A stretch of DNA of 64,000 bases from an uncultured bacterium (GTDB lineage Bacteria > Acidobacteriota > Aminicenantia > Aminicenantales > Saccharicenantaceae): positions 204,573 through 268,572 of the forward strand of contig CAWHBV010000009.1 in the NCBI GenBank assembly GCA_963827635.1. The letters are read 5' to 3'. Position 1 is the first letter of the stretch, and every line of letters begins with the position of its first letter. Below the pieces are notes generated by a model. The model had not been told where the DNA came from. It was given only the letters and a program-made list of their open reading frames with translations, and made no database searches. The translations under genes and the position numbers were made by a program. Below are positions 9,842 to 20,792 of this stretch, one piece after another.

Positions 9842-11169
9842 ATGGAACCGATGACGCGGCTCCAGCGGGACGCCCGGCCGGAGAGCATGCTCCTCAACAT
9901 GGGCCCGTCCCACCCGGCCATGCACGGGACGATCCGCATCATGCTCGAGCTCGACGCCGAGAGGATCCTCAACGCCGAGGTCGAGGTCGGCTACCTGCAC
10001 CGCGGCTTCGAGAAGACCTGCGAGAACAAGACCTGGTTCAACCTGCTGCCCTACACCGACCGCCTCAACTACGTCTCGCCCCTGATCAACAACCTCGGCT
10101 ACGCCATGACCATGGAGAAGATGCTCGGCCTGACCGTCCCCGAGCGGGCCCAGCTCATCCGCGTCCTCATGGGCGAGATGTCGCGTGTCTCGGACCACCT
10201 GACCTGTCTCGCCGCCATGGCCATGGAGTGCGGCGCGTTCACCGTCTTCCTCTACATGATGAAGGCCCGCGAGTTCCTCTGGGAGGCGATCGAGTTCACG
10301 GCCGGGGCCCGGATGACGACCTCCTACATCCGCATCGGCGGCGTCCGGGCGGACCTCCATCCCGGCTGGCGCGGCGCCGTCGCCACGGCGGTGAAGGAGA
10401 CCCGCAAGGTCCTCAAGGACGTCTCGGGGCTTCTCGACGCGAACAGCATTTTCCTGGGCCGGACCCGGGACGTCGGGATCCTCTCGAAGGAGGACGCCCT
10501 GTCCTACGGCTGGACCGGGCCGTGCCTCCGTTCGACGGGCATCGCCTACGACGTGCGCAAGGCCCATCCCTATCTCGTCTACGACCGGCTCGACTTCGAG
10601 GTCCCGGTCGGCGACCGCGGCGACAACTACGACCGCTACATCGTCCGGATGCGGGAGATGGAGCAGAGCCTGCGGCTCCTCGAACAGATCTCCGCGCTCA
10701 TTCCCGACACGGCGCCCCTGGCCGGGGGACCGGCGGTCGAGCCGGCCGAGGCCATCCGGCGGTCGAGGCGGCAGCGGGTCGAAGACCCCGTCGCCCTTTC
10801 TCCCAACCTCGAGGGCTCGGAGAGGGACCGCCTCGCGGCCTGATGAGCGCGGGCGGCGTCGGCGTGCCGCCCAAGGAGTCGACCTACACGACGATGGAGG
10901 GGCTCATCAGCCACTTCCTCTTCTTCATGGACGGCAAGGGCATCCGGCCGCCCAAGGGCGACGTCTATTTTTCGGTCGAGGGCGGCAACGGCGAGGTCGG
11001 ATTCTACATCGTCTCCGACGGGACGGACCGGCCCTACCGCCTGCACCTCCGGGCGCCCTGCTTCCACATCGTCGCCGCGCTCGAACAGCTCGTCCGCGGC
11101 CGGCTCGTCGCCGACGTCATCCCGACCTTCGGCTCGATGAACATGATCGGCGGGGAGCTCGACCGATGA
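9842..11169 (+). CDS. nuoD: NADH-quinone oxidoreductase subunit D. The frame is broken by tandem TGA TGA near 10841-10846, and there is an apparent 40-aa extra segment.
   Basis: LLNMGPSHPAMHGTIRI...EVGYLHRGFEK at the N-terminus. The C-terminal part PPKESTYTTMEGLISHF...VRGRLVADVIPTFGSMNMIGGELDR is in another frame (ORF 10228..11169). Confidence 0.9.
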
Positions 11170-11649
11170 GCTACGCCCCTTCCGCCGCGGCCCTCGAACG
11201 GATCGAGCGGGCGATCGCCCTGTACCCCGAGCCGGCGGGCGGCCCTGCTCCCGGTCCTCCAGGCGATCCAGGCCGAGACGGGCTTCGTCCCGGCCGAAGC
11301 GGAGGTCTGGGCGGCCGAAAAGCTCGGCCTCGAGCCGATCCGCGTCCGCGAGGTCCTCTCCTTTTATAGTATGTTCCGCCGCAAGCCGGCCGGCCGGACC
11401 GTGATCCAGGTCTGCCGGAACCTGAGCTGCACCCTGGCCGGGGCCGAAAACATCATCGGCTTCCTCCGGGACAGGCTGGGCCTGGGGCCCGGGAACGACA
11501 CGACGTCCGACGGCCGGATCACCCTGGTCGCCGTCGAGTGCCTGGGCAACTGCGACAACGCGCCGTGCCTCCAGGTCGACGGCGTCGACCGTGGCCGGGT
11601 GACGAGGGAATCGGCCGAAGCCCTGCTCCGGGAGCTCGAGGCGAAATGA
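11166..11649 (+). CDS. nuoE: NADH-quinone oxidoreductase subunit E; frameshifted as read near 11240.
   Basis: MSYAPSAAALERIERAIALYPE is followed, in a second frame, by LLPVLQAIQAETGFV...VCRNLSCTLAG...VECLGNCDNAP (2Fe-2S motif). ATGA overlaps at both ends. Length is 1 mod 3. Confidence 0.88.
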
Positions 11650-12894
11650 GCGGACAGGCCTTCCGTTCCCTTCCCCCGGACGACGCTTCGTGGCGCCTCG
11701 AGGCCTACCTGGCCAGAGGCGGATACGAGGCGGCGCGCCGGGCCGTGACGTCCATGGCCCCCGCCGATGTCGTCGCCGAGGTCCGCAAGGCCGGGCTCCG
11801 GGGCAGGGGAGGCGCGGGCTTCCCGGCCGGGCTGAAGTGGTCGTTCGTCCCTCAGGACCGGCCGGGCCCGCGGTATCTCTGCGTCAACGCCGACGAAGGC
11901 GAGCCGGGGACGTTCAAGGACCGGGCCATCCTGGTCCGGGACCCGCACCGCCTCCTCGAGGGCATGATCATCGCCGCGTTCGCGGTGGGCATCGGCACCG
12001 CCGTCGTCTACGTCCGCGGCGAATACGAGCGCATCGCCGGGCGCCTGCGCGACGCCGTCGCCGAAGCGGAGGCCGCGGGCTTCCTGGGCCGGGGGATCTG
12101 CGGCACGGCCTTCGGGCTCGACGTCATCGTCCATTTCGGGGCCGGGGCCTACATCTGCGGCGAAGAGACGGCCCTGCTCGAATCGGTCGAAGGCCGCCGC
12201 GGCCAGCCCCGGCTCAAGCCGCCGTTCCCCGCCGTCGTCGGGCTGTTCGGGGCTCCCACCGTCATCAACAACGTCGAGACCCTGGCCAGCGTGCCCGCGA
12301 TCATCGGCCGCGGCGCCGACTGGTTCACCCGGCTCGGCCAGCCCAAGGACTGCGGCACCCGGCTGTTCGGCGTCAGCGGGGCGGTCCGGCGTCCCGGCCT
12401 CTACGAGCTGCCGACGGGCACGCCCCTGCGGACGATCATCGAGGAACACGCCGGCGGCCCGCCCGACGGGGTCGCCATCAAGGCGGTCATCCCGGGCGGA
12501 CTGTCCGCCCCGTTGCTCAGGGCCGACGAGCTCGAGACGCCCATGGACTTCGACTCTCTGGCCAAGGTCTGTTCCATGATCGGCTCGGCCGGGATCATCG
12601 TCATCGGCGACCGGACGCCCATCCTCGACGTCCTCGCGGTCACGGCCCGCTTCTACGCCCACGAATCGTGCGGCCAGTGCACGCCCTGCCGGATCGGGAC
12701 GTCCTGGATCCACAAGACCGTGACCCGGATCGCGGCGGGCCGGGGGCGGAGCTCCGACCTCGATCTCATCCTCGAGCTGGCCGACGGGCATGAAGGGGCG
12801 GACGCTCTGCCCGATGGGCGACGCCGCGGCGCTGCCGATCCAGGCCATGGTCGCGAAGTTCCGCGACGAGCTCGAGCAGGCGGTGGGACGGTGA
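11646..12894 (+). CDS. nuoF: NADH-quinone oxidoreductase subunit F; frameshifted as read near 12786.
   Basis: GLRGRGGAGFPAGLKW, NADEGEPGTFKDR and ESCGQCTPCR motifs. The tail MKGRTLCPMGDAAALPIQAMVAKFRDELEQAVGR is in the next frame. The stop overlaps the GTG of nuoG (GTGA). Confidence 0.92.
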
Positions 12895-14398
12895 GCGAGG
12901 TCAAGACGGTCGCCCTGACCATCGACGGACGGTCCGTCCGCGCCGTCGAGGGCACGAACGTGCTGCGGGCCGCGGCCGCGGCCGGGATCGACATCCCCCA
13001 TTTCTGTTCCCATCCCGCCTTCGAGTCCGAGGGCAGCTGCCGCATGTGTCTCGTCGAGATCGAAGGCCTGCCCAAGCTCGAGCTCGCCTGCTCGACCGCC
13101 GTCCGCGAGGGCCTGGTCGTGCGCACGGCGACCGACCGCGTCCGCGAGGCCCGGCGGGCCGTCCTCGAGTTCCTGCTGGCCGAGCACCCCCTGGACTGCC
13201 CGATCTGCGACAAGGCCGGCGAGTGCAAGCTGCAGGACTACTACGACGCCCACGGCCGCTTCCCGGGGCGGTTCGTCGAGCCCAGGGAGAAGCGGGAGAA
13301 GCTCGTCGCGATCGGCCGGGGCCTCGTCCTCGACCGCGAGCGCTGCATCCTCTGCACCCGCTGCGTCCGTTTCCTGCGCAAGGTCACGCGGACGGGCGAG
13401 CTGGGCGTCTTCGAGCGCGGCGTTCGCGCCGAGATCGGGACCTACGGGGACGCCCTCGTCGACAACGATTACGCCGGCAACCTCGTCGACATCTGCCCCG
13501 TCGGGGCCATCACCGACACGGACTTCCGGTTCAAGACGCGGGCCTGGTTCCTGGAGAGGCGTCCGTCGGTCTGCCCGCACTGCGCCCGCGGGTGCGCCGT
13601 CGTCGTCGAGTCCGTGACCGGATATCCCCTCGGGCCCGGCGAGCGCCGGGTCTTCCGCATCCGGGCGGGGGAGAATCCCGCGGTCAACGGGCATTGGATC
13701 TGCGATCTCGGACGGGCCGGCCGCCGCGACATCGACGAGGGCCGGTTGACGGCCGTGACGGACAGGGCCGCGACGGGCGGGACCGTTCCCTGGCAGAAGG
13801 CCGTCGCAGACCTCGCGGCGCGCATCCGGGCCGTTCCCGGTACCGGAGCGTCCCGCCCGGATCGCCGTCGTGCTCAACAGCTTCATGACGTGCGAAGAGC
13901 TGGCCCTGGCGCGCCGGATCTTCACGGAGGGGCTGGGCCTCGGCGGCGTCTTCGTCGCCGACCCGCCGCCCGGACCGGGGGACGGCTTCCTGCTCACCGC
14001 GGAGCGCGTGCCCAACTGCGCGCGGCGTCCTGGAGGCCGGCTTCGCGCCGCGGCTCCCGGACCTCGAGGCGCTCGCGCGATCGACCGGGGTCCTCATCGT
14101 CTTCGGCCCGTACCTGGCCGGGAATTTCCCCGCCGGGACGGCCGCCCGGGCCCTGTCGCCTATCGCCGTGAAATACCTCTTCACGAGCCGGGCCGTTCCC
14201 GACGACCGGCTGGCCGATGTCGCCGTCCCCGTCGCCGTTCCGGCCGAGCGATCGGGGACCTACATCAACGTCGACGGCCTCCGCCAGACCTTCCGGCAGG
14301 CCGTCGCTCCGCCGCGCGGCGTCCCTTCGGAGCGCGAGGTCCTCGTCGGCCTGGCCCACGGACTCGGCTTGAGCGTCGGAGAGCCCGATGCTCGCTGA
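12891..14398 (+). CDS. nuoG: NADH-quinone oxidoreductase subunit G, short form of about 502 aa; two frameshifts as read (near 13848 and 14022).
   Basis: The N-terminal part has 2Fe-2S and 4Fe-4S motifs (CSHPAFESEGSCRMC, HPLDCPICDKAGEC, CILCTRCVRF, CPVGAITD). The continuation lies in ORFs 13870..14430 and 14168..14398. Length is 2 mod 3. Confidence 0.85.
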
Positions 14399-15468
14399 CG
14401 TGCTCATCGTCCTCGTCAAGGTCGTCCTGACCATGACCTGGACCCTGCTCCTGGCCCTCTTTCTGACCTGGGTCGAGCGGAAGGAGAGCGCCGTCATGCA
14501 GGACCGCATCGGGGCCAACCGGGCGTCGGTCTTCGGCCTGCGCCTCTTCGGGCTCTTCCAGCCCTTCGCCGACGCCATCAAGATGTTCTTCAAGGAGGAT
14601 TTCGATCCCGAAGTTCTCCCAGCGGGTCCTCCACTGGCTGGCGCCGACGGTGTCCTTCTTCTGCGTCGCCGTGACCATGGTCGCGGTGCCCTTCGGGGAC
14701 ACGGTCCGCCTGTTCGGGCGGTCCATTCCCCTCCAGGTCGTCGACCTCGACGCCGCCCTGCTCTTCATCCTGGCCATGCTCAGCCTCGGCATCTACGGCA
14801 TCCTCATCAGCGGTTGGGCCTCGGCCAACCGGTTCGCCCTGATCGGCAGCCTCCGCGGCGCGGCCCAGCTCATCTCCTACGAGGTCGCGCTGGGACTCTC
14901 GCTCGTCGGGCTCGTGATGGTCTTCCCCTCGCTCCGCCTCTCGGCGCTCGTCGAGTACCAGGGGGGGCTCCTCTTCGGCTTCCTGCCCCGCTGGGGCATC
15001 TTCCTCCAACCCCTCGGCTTCGCCGCCTTCTTCCTGGCCGGCATGGCCGAGACGAAGCGGGTGCCCTTCGACATGCCGGAGGGCGAATCGGAGATCATCG
15101 GCTTCTACACCGAGTACGGCGGCCTCAAGTTCGGCCTGTTCATGTTCACCGACTTCCTCGAGGTCATCGTCCTCGCCTCGCTCGCGACGACCCTGTTCTT
15201 CGGCGGCTGGCAGGTGCCCTGGCTCGGCGACGGCGGCTTCGTCTTCCCCGGGGGCGGACGATGGTCCCTCGCGCCCTGGGCCGTCACGGTCCTCCGGGTC
15301 CTGTCCTTCAACCTCAAGGTCTTCTTCTTCTGCTGGCTCCAGATCCTGGCCCGCTGGACCTATCCGCGTTTCCGCTACGACCAGGTCATGGACTTCGGCT
15401 GGAAGGTCCTCGTTCCCCTCGGCGTCGTCAACATCCTGGCCACGGGGCTCATCCTGGCGGTGAGGTAG
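14388..15468 (+). CDS. nuoH: NADH-quinone oxidoreductase subunit H; frameshifted as read near 14607.
   Basis: WVERKESAVMQDRIGANR is in the first frame. SGWASANRFALIGSLRGAAQLISYEV...AETKRVPFDMPEGESEI is in the second frame (ORF 14650..15468). Confidence 0.9.
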
Positions 15469-15475
15469 GACGACC

Positions 15476-15944
15476 ATGCCGCACGCCGGACGCGTCCTGA
15501 GGGAGATCCTGAGAGGGATCGGGATCACCGCCCGCCATTTCTTCGTCAACATGACCTTCCACACCCTGAGGCTTTTCGGGATCCGGACGAAGAGGCGGGG
15601 AGCGGTGACGGTCCAGTATCCCGAGGAGCGCAAGGCGCTCTCGCCCCGCCACCGCAGCCTCCACCGTCTCCGGCCGCGCCCGGACGGACAGCCGAGCTGC
15701 GTCGCCTGCATGCTCTGCGTCACCGTCTGCCCCTCCGAGTGCATTTCCGTCGAGGCGGCCGCGGAGGACGATCCCGAGGTCCAGAAGCACCCGGCCCGCT
15801 TCGTCGTCGACCTCAACCGCTGCTGCTTCTGCGGCTTCTGTGTCGAGGCCTGCCCCGTCGACGCCATCCGCATGGACACGGGCGAGATCCGCCTGGCCGT
15901 CGACGACCCGGGCGGGGCTCGTCAGGAAGCTGGATACGGAATGA
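15476..15944 (+). CDS. nuoI: NADH-quinone oxidoreductase subunit I. It reads as a fusion with the downstream MBL gene; a frameshift near 15910 is inferred.
   Basis: Two 4Fe-4S motifs (CVACMLCVTVCP, CCFCGFCVEACP). Shifting frame after AVDD gives ...RAGLVRKLDTE and a TGA at 15942-15944 that overlaps the ATG at 15941. This is the same ATGA junction used elsewhere in the operon. Length is 1 mod 3. Confidence 0.78.
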
Positions 15945-16813
15945 TCGCCGCCGCGGACCGCATCCGGTTCGGCGACGTCGAGATCGTCCGCCTGCTCGAC
16001 GGCACCTTCCGCGTCGACGGCGGGGCCATGTTCGGCGTCGTCCCCCGGACGCTCTGGGCCAGGCGGGCGGTCCCCGACGCCGAGAACCGGATCACGCTGG
16101 CCCTCAATTGTTATCTCGTCCGGACGCCGGCCGCGACGGTCCTCCTCGACACGGGGATCGGACCGGACGTCTCCCGCCGCCACGCCGACTTCTACTCCGT
16201 CGAGCGCGGCCCGGGACTCTTCGGCCGGCTCGCGGAGCTCGGCCTCGCGCCCGCCGACATCGACGTCGTCGTCAACAGCCATCTCCACTTCGACCACTGC
16301 GGCGGCAACACCGTCCGGACTCCCGAGGGGGAGTGGACCCCGGCGTTCCCGAAGGCCCGTTACGTCGTCCAGAAAGGGGAGTGGGAGCAGGCCCTCCATC
16401 CGGTCGAGCGGGACAGGCCGAGCTACATCCCGGCGCGTCTGAAGCCGCTCGCGGGTTCGGACCGGCTCGTTCTGCTCGAGGGGGACGGGCCCGTCGCGGC
16501 CGGCGTCGAGGCGGTCCTCGTCGCCGGCCACACCGCCCGCCACATGGGGATCAAGGTCTCCTCCGCCGGAAAGACCTTCTTCTACCTCGCCGACGCGGTC
16601 CCCACGGCGGCCCACATCGACCTGCCCTATATCATGAGCTACGATCTCTATCCCGTGGAGACCTTCGACAACAAGAAAGCGCTCCTCGAACGGGCCGCCG
16701 CAGAGGGCTGGATATTGGGCTTCAGCCACGAGCTCCGGGACCCGTTCGGGTCCCTCCGCCGGTCCGGACGGACGGTCGTCTTCGTCCCCTCGTCCGGGCC
16801 CGAAAACGATTGA
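15941..16813 (+). CDS. MBL-fold metallo-hydrolase
   Basis: VVNSHLHFDHCGGN metal-binding motif. The 290-aa frame starts MIAAADRIRFGDVEIVRLLDG. Confidence 0.8.
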   Translation: MIAAADRIRFGDVEIVRLLDGTFRVDGGAMFGVVPRTLWARRAVPDAENRITLALNCYLVRTPAATVLLDTGIGPDVSRRHADFYSVERGPGLFGRLAELGLAPADIDVVVNSHLHFDHCGGNTVRTPEGEWTPAFPKARYVVQKGEWEQALHPVERDRPSYIPARLKPLAGSDRLVLLEGDGPVAAGVEAVLVAGHTARHMGIKVSSAGKTFFYLADAVPTAAHIDLPYIMSYDLYPVETFDNKKALLERAAAEGWILGFSHELRDPFGSLRRSGRTVVFVPSSGPEND

Positions 16814-16868
16814 CTTTTCCCCCCCGCGTCTTTATGATGAGGCTTCCAATTTTCGAGGAGGTTCGTTC

Positions 16869-18219
16869 ATGAAGAAGGTCACCGTCGAAGAGCTGCTGGC
16901 CAAGGCCCACCAGCCGTCCCTGGACGCCCCGAGGCTCCACAGTTTCTACAAGGGCAAGATGGGCACCGCCCTGAAGTGCCGGGTCCGCGATTTCAACGAT
17001 TTCGCCATCTGGTACACGCCCGGCGTCGCCGCGGTCTGCAAGGAGATCGCCGCCGACAAGCAGAAAGCCTACGAGTACACCAACAAGTGGAACTCCGTGG
17101 CCGTCATCAGCGACGGCACGCGCGTGCTCGGGCTCGGCGACATCGGCCCCGAGGCCGGCCTGCCGGTCATGGAAGGCAAGGGGATCCTCTACAAGTACCT
17201 GGGCGGCGTCGACGCCTTCCCCATCTGCCTCGACGAAAAGGACCCCGACAAGATCATCGAGATCGGCCGGGCCCTCCAGCCGTCCTTCGGCGGCTTCAAC
17301 CTCGAGGACATCAGTCAGCCCAAGTGCTTCAGGATCCTCTACGAATTGCGCGAAAAGTGCGAGATCCCGGTCTGGCACGACGACCAGCAGGGCACGGCCT
17401 GCGTCACGGTGGCCGGGCTGATCAACGCGCTCAAGATCGTCAAGAAGAACATCGCCGAGGTCAAGATCACGGTCGTCGGGGCCGGCGCCTCGGGCATCAA
17501 CATCGCCCACCAGATCATGCTGGCCGGGGCCAACGGGGACAACATGCTCTCCGTCGACTCGAAGGGCATCCTGTCCCGCGACCGGGCCGACCGGGACAAC
17601 CTCCAGAAGAACTTCAAGGAAAAGTGGGACATCTGCCTGCGGACCAACCCCAAGGGCAAGCAGGGCTCGCATCGCCGACGCCCTCCAGGGCGCCGACGTC
17701 CTCATCAGCGCGTCGACGCCCGGGCCCGGCACCATCAAGCCGGAATGGGTCGCCACCATGGCCAAGGACGCCATCGTCTTCGCCGAGGCCAATCCCATCC
17801 CCGAGATCTGGCCCTGGGAAGCCAAGGAAGCCGGCGCCCGGATCGTCGCGACGGGCCGGTCCGACTTCCCGAACCAGGTCAACAACTCCCTCGGCTTCCC
17901 CGGCATCTTCCGGGGCGCCCTCGACGTCAGGGCCAAGACGATCACCGACGGCATGTGCATCGCGGCCGCCCGCGAGCTGGCCAAGGTCGCCGAGGACAAG
18001 GGCATCCACGAGGAATACATCATCCCGAACATGGACGAGTGGGAGGTCTTCCCCCGCGAGGCCGTGGCCGTCGGCACCAAGGCCATCGAGGAGGGTGTCG
18101 CCCGGTTCGATTTCCCGGCCGACGTCCGCTTCAAGATGGCCGAGGACATCATCCGCGCCTCCCGCGAGGACGTCCAGAAGAAGATGAGGGAAGGCGTCAT
18201 CGTCGACCCGGACAAGTGA
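16869..18219 (+). CDS. NAD(P)-dependent malic enzyme, short form; frameshifted as read near 17669.
   Basis: WYTPGVAAVC, VISDGTRVLGLGDIGP..GLPVMEGK, FGGFNLEDI and VVGAGASG motifs. The C-terminal half (ADALQGADVLISAS...NNSLGFPGIFRGALD) is in ORF 17758..18219. Confidence 0.9.
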
Positions 18220-18249
18220 TCCCGGGTCCCGAGAGAGAACGGAACGAGA

Positions 18250-18302
18250 GGGGAGGACGAGGGGACCATGAAGCTTCCGCTCGTCCTCCCCATATTTTTA
18301 TT
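18250..18302 (+). terminator. Rho-independent terminator after the malic enzyme gene
   Basis: A perfect 12-bp stem GGGGAGGACGAG (18250-18261) / CTCGTCCTCCCC (18280-18291) is followed by ATATTTTTATTT. Confidence 0.6.
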
Positions 18303-18331
18303 TGACAACGGTACTCCTCCTGTGGTATTAA
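18302..18331 (+). promoter_or_regulatory. Putative strong promoter (TTGACA, 18 nt, TATTAA) with a leader of about 110 nt
   Basis: Read directly in the AT-rich spacer. It is followed by an AAAAGGAGG RBS 6 nt before the ATG at 18445. Confidence 0.5.
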
Positions 18332-18444
18332 TATCGGTCGTAAGGTATTTGTCTATCGCCTAGCCCGAGAAGAACAACTAAACCCCCAAATGTCGTTGCC
18401 TATCTCACGTTCATCATAAAAGATACCTAAAAGGAGGTAAGATC

Positions 18445-19038
18445 ATGAAGAACATCGTGAAAGGCCTGACCCTGGCGCTCATCGTCGTGTTCGCGTTCAC
18501 GAGCTGCGCCAAGCAACCCACCCAGCTGATGGATGCCGCCAAGGCCGCCATCCAGGGTGTCATCGACGCCAAGGGCGGCGTCTACGCGAAGGACGAGCTG
18601 AACAAGCTGCAAGGCGACCTGCAGGCCGCCCTCGACACGATCACGGCTCAGTCCAAGAAATTCTTCAAGAAGTACGGCCCGGCCAAGGAAATGCTGACCA
18701 AGCTCGTCGCCGACGCCGACGCCGTCAAGGCCCTCATCCCCGGACGGATCGCCGAGGCCAAGGCCGGCGCCGAGACCGCCATCGGTGAGGCCAAGACCGT
18801 GTTCGAAGAGGCCAAGGCTCTCCTCGAGAAGGCTCCCAAGGGCAAGGGCACCAAGGCCGACATCGAGGCCATGAAGGCCGACCTGGCCGGCATCGAGACC
18901 GCCATGGCCGACGTCGACGCCGCCCTGGCCGCCGAGGACTTCTTCGGCGCCAAGGACAAGGCCGTCGTCATCAAGGAAAAGGCCGCCGCGATCGTCGAGC
19001 AGATCAACGCCGCCATCGCCAAGGTCAAGGGACGCTAA
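18445..19038 (+). CDS. Ala/Lys-rich alpha-helical lipoprotein, possibly a DUF4398-like or Lpp-like tether
   Basis: Signal peptide plus lipobox (LIVVFAFTSC). The remaining ~175 aa is low-complexity helical sequence (AKAGAETAIGEAKTVFEEAKALLEKA...) ending AKVKGR. The frame is intact. Confidence 0.8.
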   Translation: MKNIVKGLTLALIVVFAFTSCAKQPTQLMDAAKAAIQGVIDAKGGVYAKDELNKLQGDLQAALDTITAQSKKFFKKYGPAKEMLTKLVADADAVKALIPGRIAEAKAGAETAIGEAKTVFEEAKALLEKAPKGKGTKADIEAMKADLAGIETAMADVDAALAAEDFFGAKDKAVVIKEKAAAIVEQINAAIAKVKGR

Positions 19039-19049
19039 GTCTCCGGACC

Positions 19050-20139
19050 TTGAGCCTTCGCAGAACAGCCGTCATCTGTACTGGCTGTTTTGCTCTTCGG
19101 TTGTCGAACCGCGCCGGTCCCGCCGGATGTTCTCGAAGCCGATCTTCAGGAACAGGACCTCCGGGGGGCCGGTGCTTCTCTTTTCGCCGCCCAGGAGCAC
19201 TCAGCCTACCTCGGTGCGCTGAAATCCGCCCGGGAAACCCTCCGCCGCGAAAACCTCAAGCTGGGCTGGTTCAGGGACTACGGACGCGTACGCCGGGATT
19301 TCGCCGCCGTCATCCGGGCCGGGAACACGCTGAGGTCGACCGTCCGGTCGGTCGTCGCCCGCCGGTCCGCGGCGGTCGCCGAGGCGGCCGAGACCGTCCG
19401 GCGGCGGCTCCGGACCCTCGACGGCCTGACCCTGTCCATCGTCGAGAGGGGAGAGGCGCGCAAGAAGCTGTCCCGGGCCGCCCTGGCCCTGGCCGAGGCC
19501 GATGCGCTCGTCGCCGGCAGGGACTTCGAGGCCGCCTCCGCCAAGATCAAGTCCGCATCGGCCCTGGCCGCCGAAGCCGAGCGGGTCGTCGTCTCCCACA
19601 TCTCCCGGTACCTCGACCCCGATCAGGTCAGGTCCTGGAAGCAGGCGGCCGAGGAGACGATCGCCGAGTCGAGGCGCCGGGGCAGCACGGCGATCATCGT
19701 CAGCAAGCTCGAGCGGCGCCTGTCGGTCTACAAGAGCGGCAACCTCTACCGGACCTACGAGGTCGGGCTGGGCTTCAACGGCCTGGCCGACAAGCGCTAC
19801 GCCGGGGACAACGCCACCCCCGAGGGCCGCTACACCGTCGTCCGCAAGATCCCGTCCAGCCTGTACTACAAGGCCCTGCTGATCAACTACCCCAACGACG
19901 AGGACCGGAGATGGTTCGCCCGGGAGAAGGCCCGGGGCACGATCCCGCGGTCCGCGTCGATCGGGGGGGACGTCGAGATCCACGGCGGGGGCCAGGACAG
20001 CCTGACCCGCGGCTGTGTCTCTCTCGACAACGGCAAGATGGACGAGCTCTTCGCCCTGGCCGCGGTCGGCACGCCGGTCACGATCATCGGGACGATGGAG
20101 CTCGAGAACTACGTCATCAAAGCGATCAGGGACAACTGA
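19050..20139 (+). CDS. L,D-transpeptidase (YkuD domain) lipoprotein; frameshifted inside the signal peptide near 19075.
   Basis: TTG at 19050 gives MSLRRTAVI, and the next frame gives VLAVLLFGC (lipobox). The C-terminal catalytic domain is ATPEGRYTV...IGGDVEIHGGGQDSLTRGCVSL. Length is 1 mod 3. Confidence 0.85.
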
Positions 20140-20140
20140 C

Positions 20141-20791
20141 ATGACCATCAAGCGCATCCTCATCGCCGCGGCGGCCCTCCTCTGGCTCGGCTTCCTCTCG
20201 GTCGTCGGCGCGGCCTATTACATCGGCCTCAAACAGGCCGCGGGGTGGCCGGGGGACGGCCGGGACCAGCCCGTCGCGGAGAAGGACGTGGCCAAGACCG
20301 AGAAGAACGTCCAGCAGCTGGAAAAGAAGATGAGCGGGCTGCTGCCCCGGGGACCCTACATCGTCATCGATACGGCCCAGAACCGGCTCTTCCTCAAGAA
20401 CGGGAGCCAGGTCGTCCGCGAAGCGGTCGTCTCCTGCGGCAGCGGCGTCGTCCTCGAGGAGCCGGGCGGCAAGAAGCGGAGCTGGGTCTTCGACACGCCG
20501 CGGGGGGAGTTCAGCGTCAAGTCCAAGATCACGAACCCGTATTGGGTCAAGCCGGATTGGGCCTTCATCGAGGAGGGGGAGACGATCCCCAAGGGGATGG
20601 AGGACCGGATCGAGGCCGGGACGCTCGGCGATTACGCCCTCGGGTTCGGGCAGGGCTTCTTCATCCACGGGACGCTCTACACCCGGCTCCTGGGCCGGAA
20701 CGTCACCCACGGCTGCGTCCGGGTCGGGGACGAGGACCTCAAGGCGATCTTCAAGGCCGTGCCCGTGGGCGCGAAGATCTACATCTATTGA
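20141..20791 (+). CDS. L,D-transpeptidase (YkuD domain), membrane-anchored
   Basis: N-terminal TM segment, then IVIDTAQNRLFLKNG...FFIHGTLYTRLLGRNVTHGCVRV. The frame is intact and starts 1 nt after the previous stop. Confidence 0.88.
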   Translation: MTIKRILIAAAALLWLGFLSVVGAAYYIGLKQAAGWPGDGRDQPVAEKDVAKTEKNVQQLEKKMSGLLPRGPYIVIDTAQNRLFLKNGSQVVREAVVSCGSGVVLEEPGGKKRSWVFDTPRGEFSVKSKITNPYWVKPDWAFIEEGETIPKGMEDRIEAGTLGDYALGFGQGFFIHGTLYTRLLGRNVTHGCVRVGDEDLKAIFKAVPVGAKIYIY

Positions 20792-20792
20792 G

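Noticed and set aside
10841-10846. The tandem in-frame TGA TGA in nuoD as possible selenocysteine or recoding sites.
   Set aside because: NuoD is not a selenoprotein, no SECIS-like hairpin follows, and the downstream conserved sequence is in a different frame. An indel explains it better.
15476-16813. A genuine NuoI-MBL hydrolase fusion protein.
   Set aside because: A +1 shift near 15910 yields a normal-length NuoI ending in a TGA that overlaps the ATG of the hydrolase. This matches the other operon junctions and the window-wide indel pattern. It is kept only as a low-probability alternative.
18332-18444. The 110-nt leader of the lipoprotein gene as a riboswitch or other cis-regulatory RNA.
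   Set aside because: The only structure is a short possible pairing (AGGTAT at 18342-47 with ATACCT near 18423-28). It does not resemble any riboswitch class I recognise, so the evidence is insufficient.
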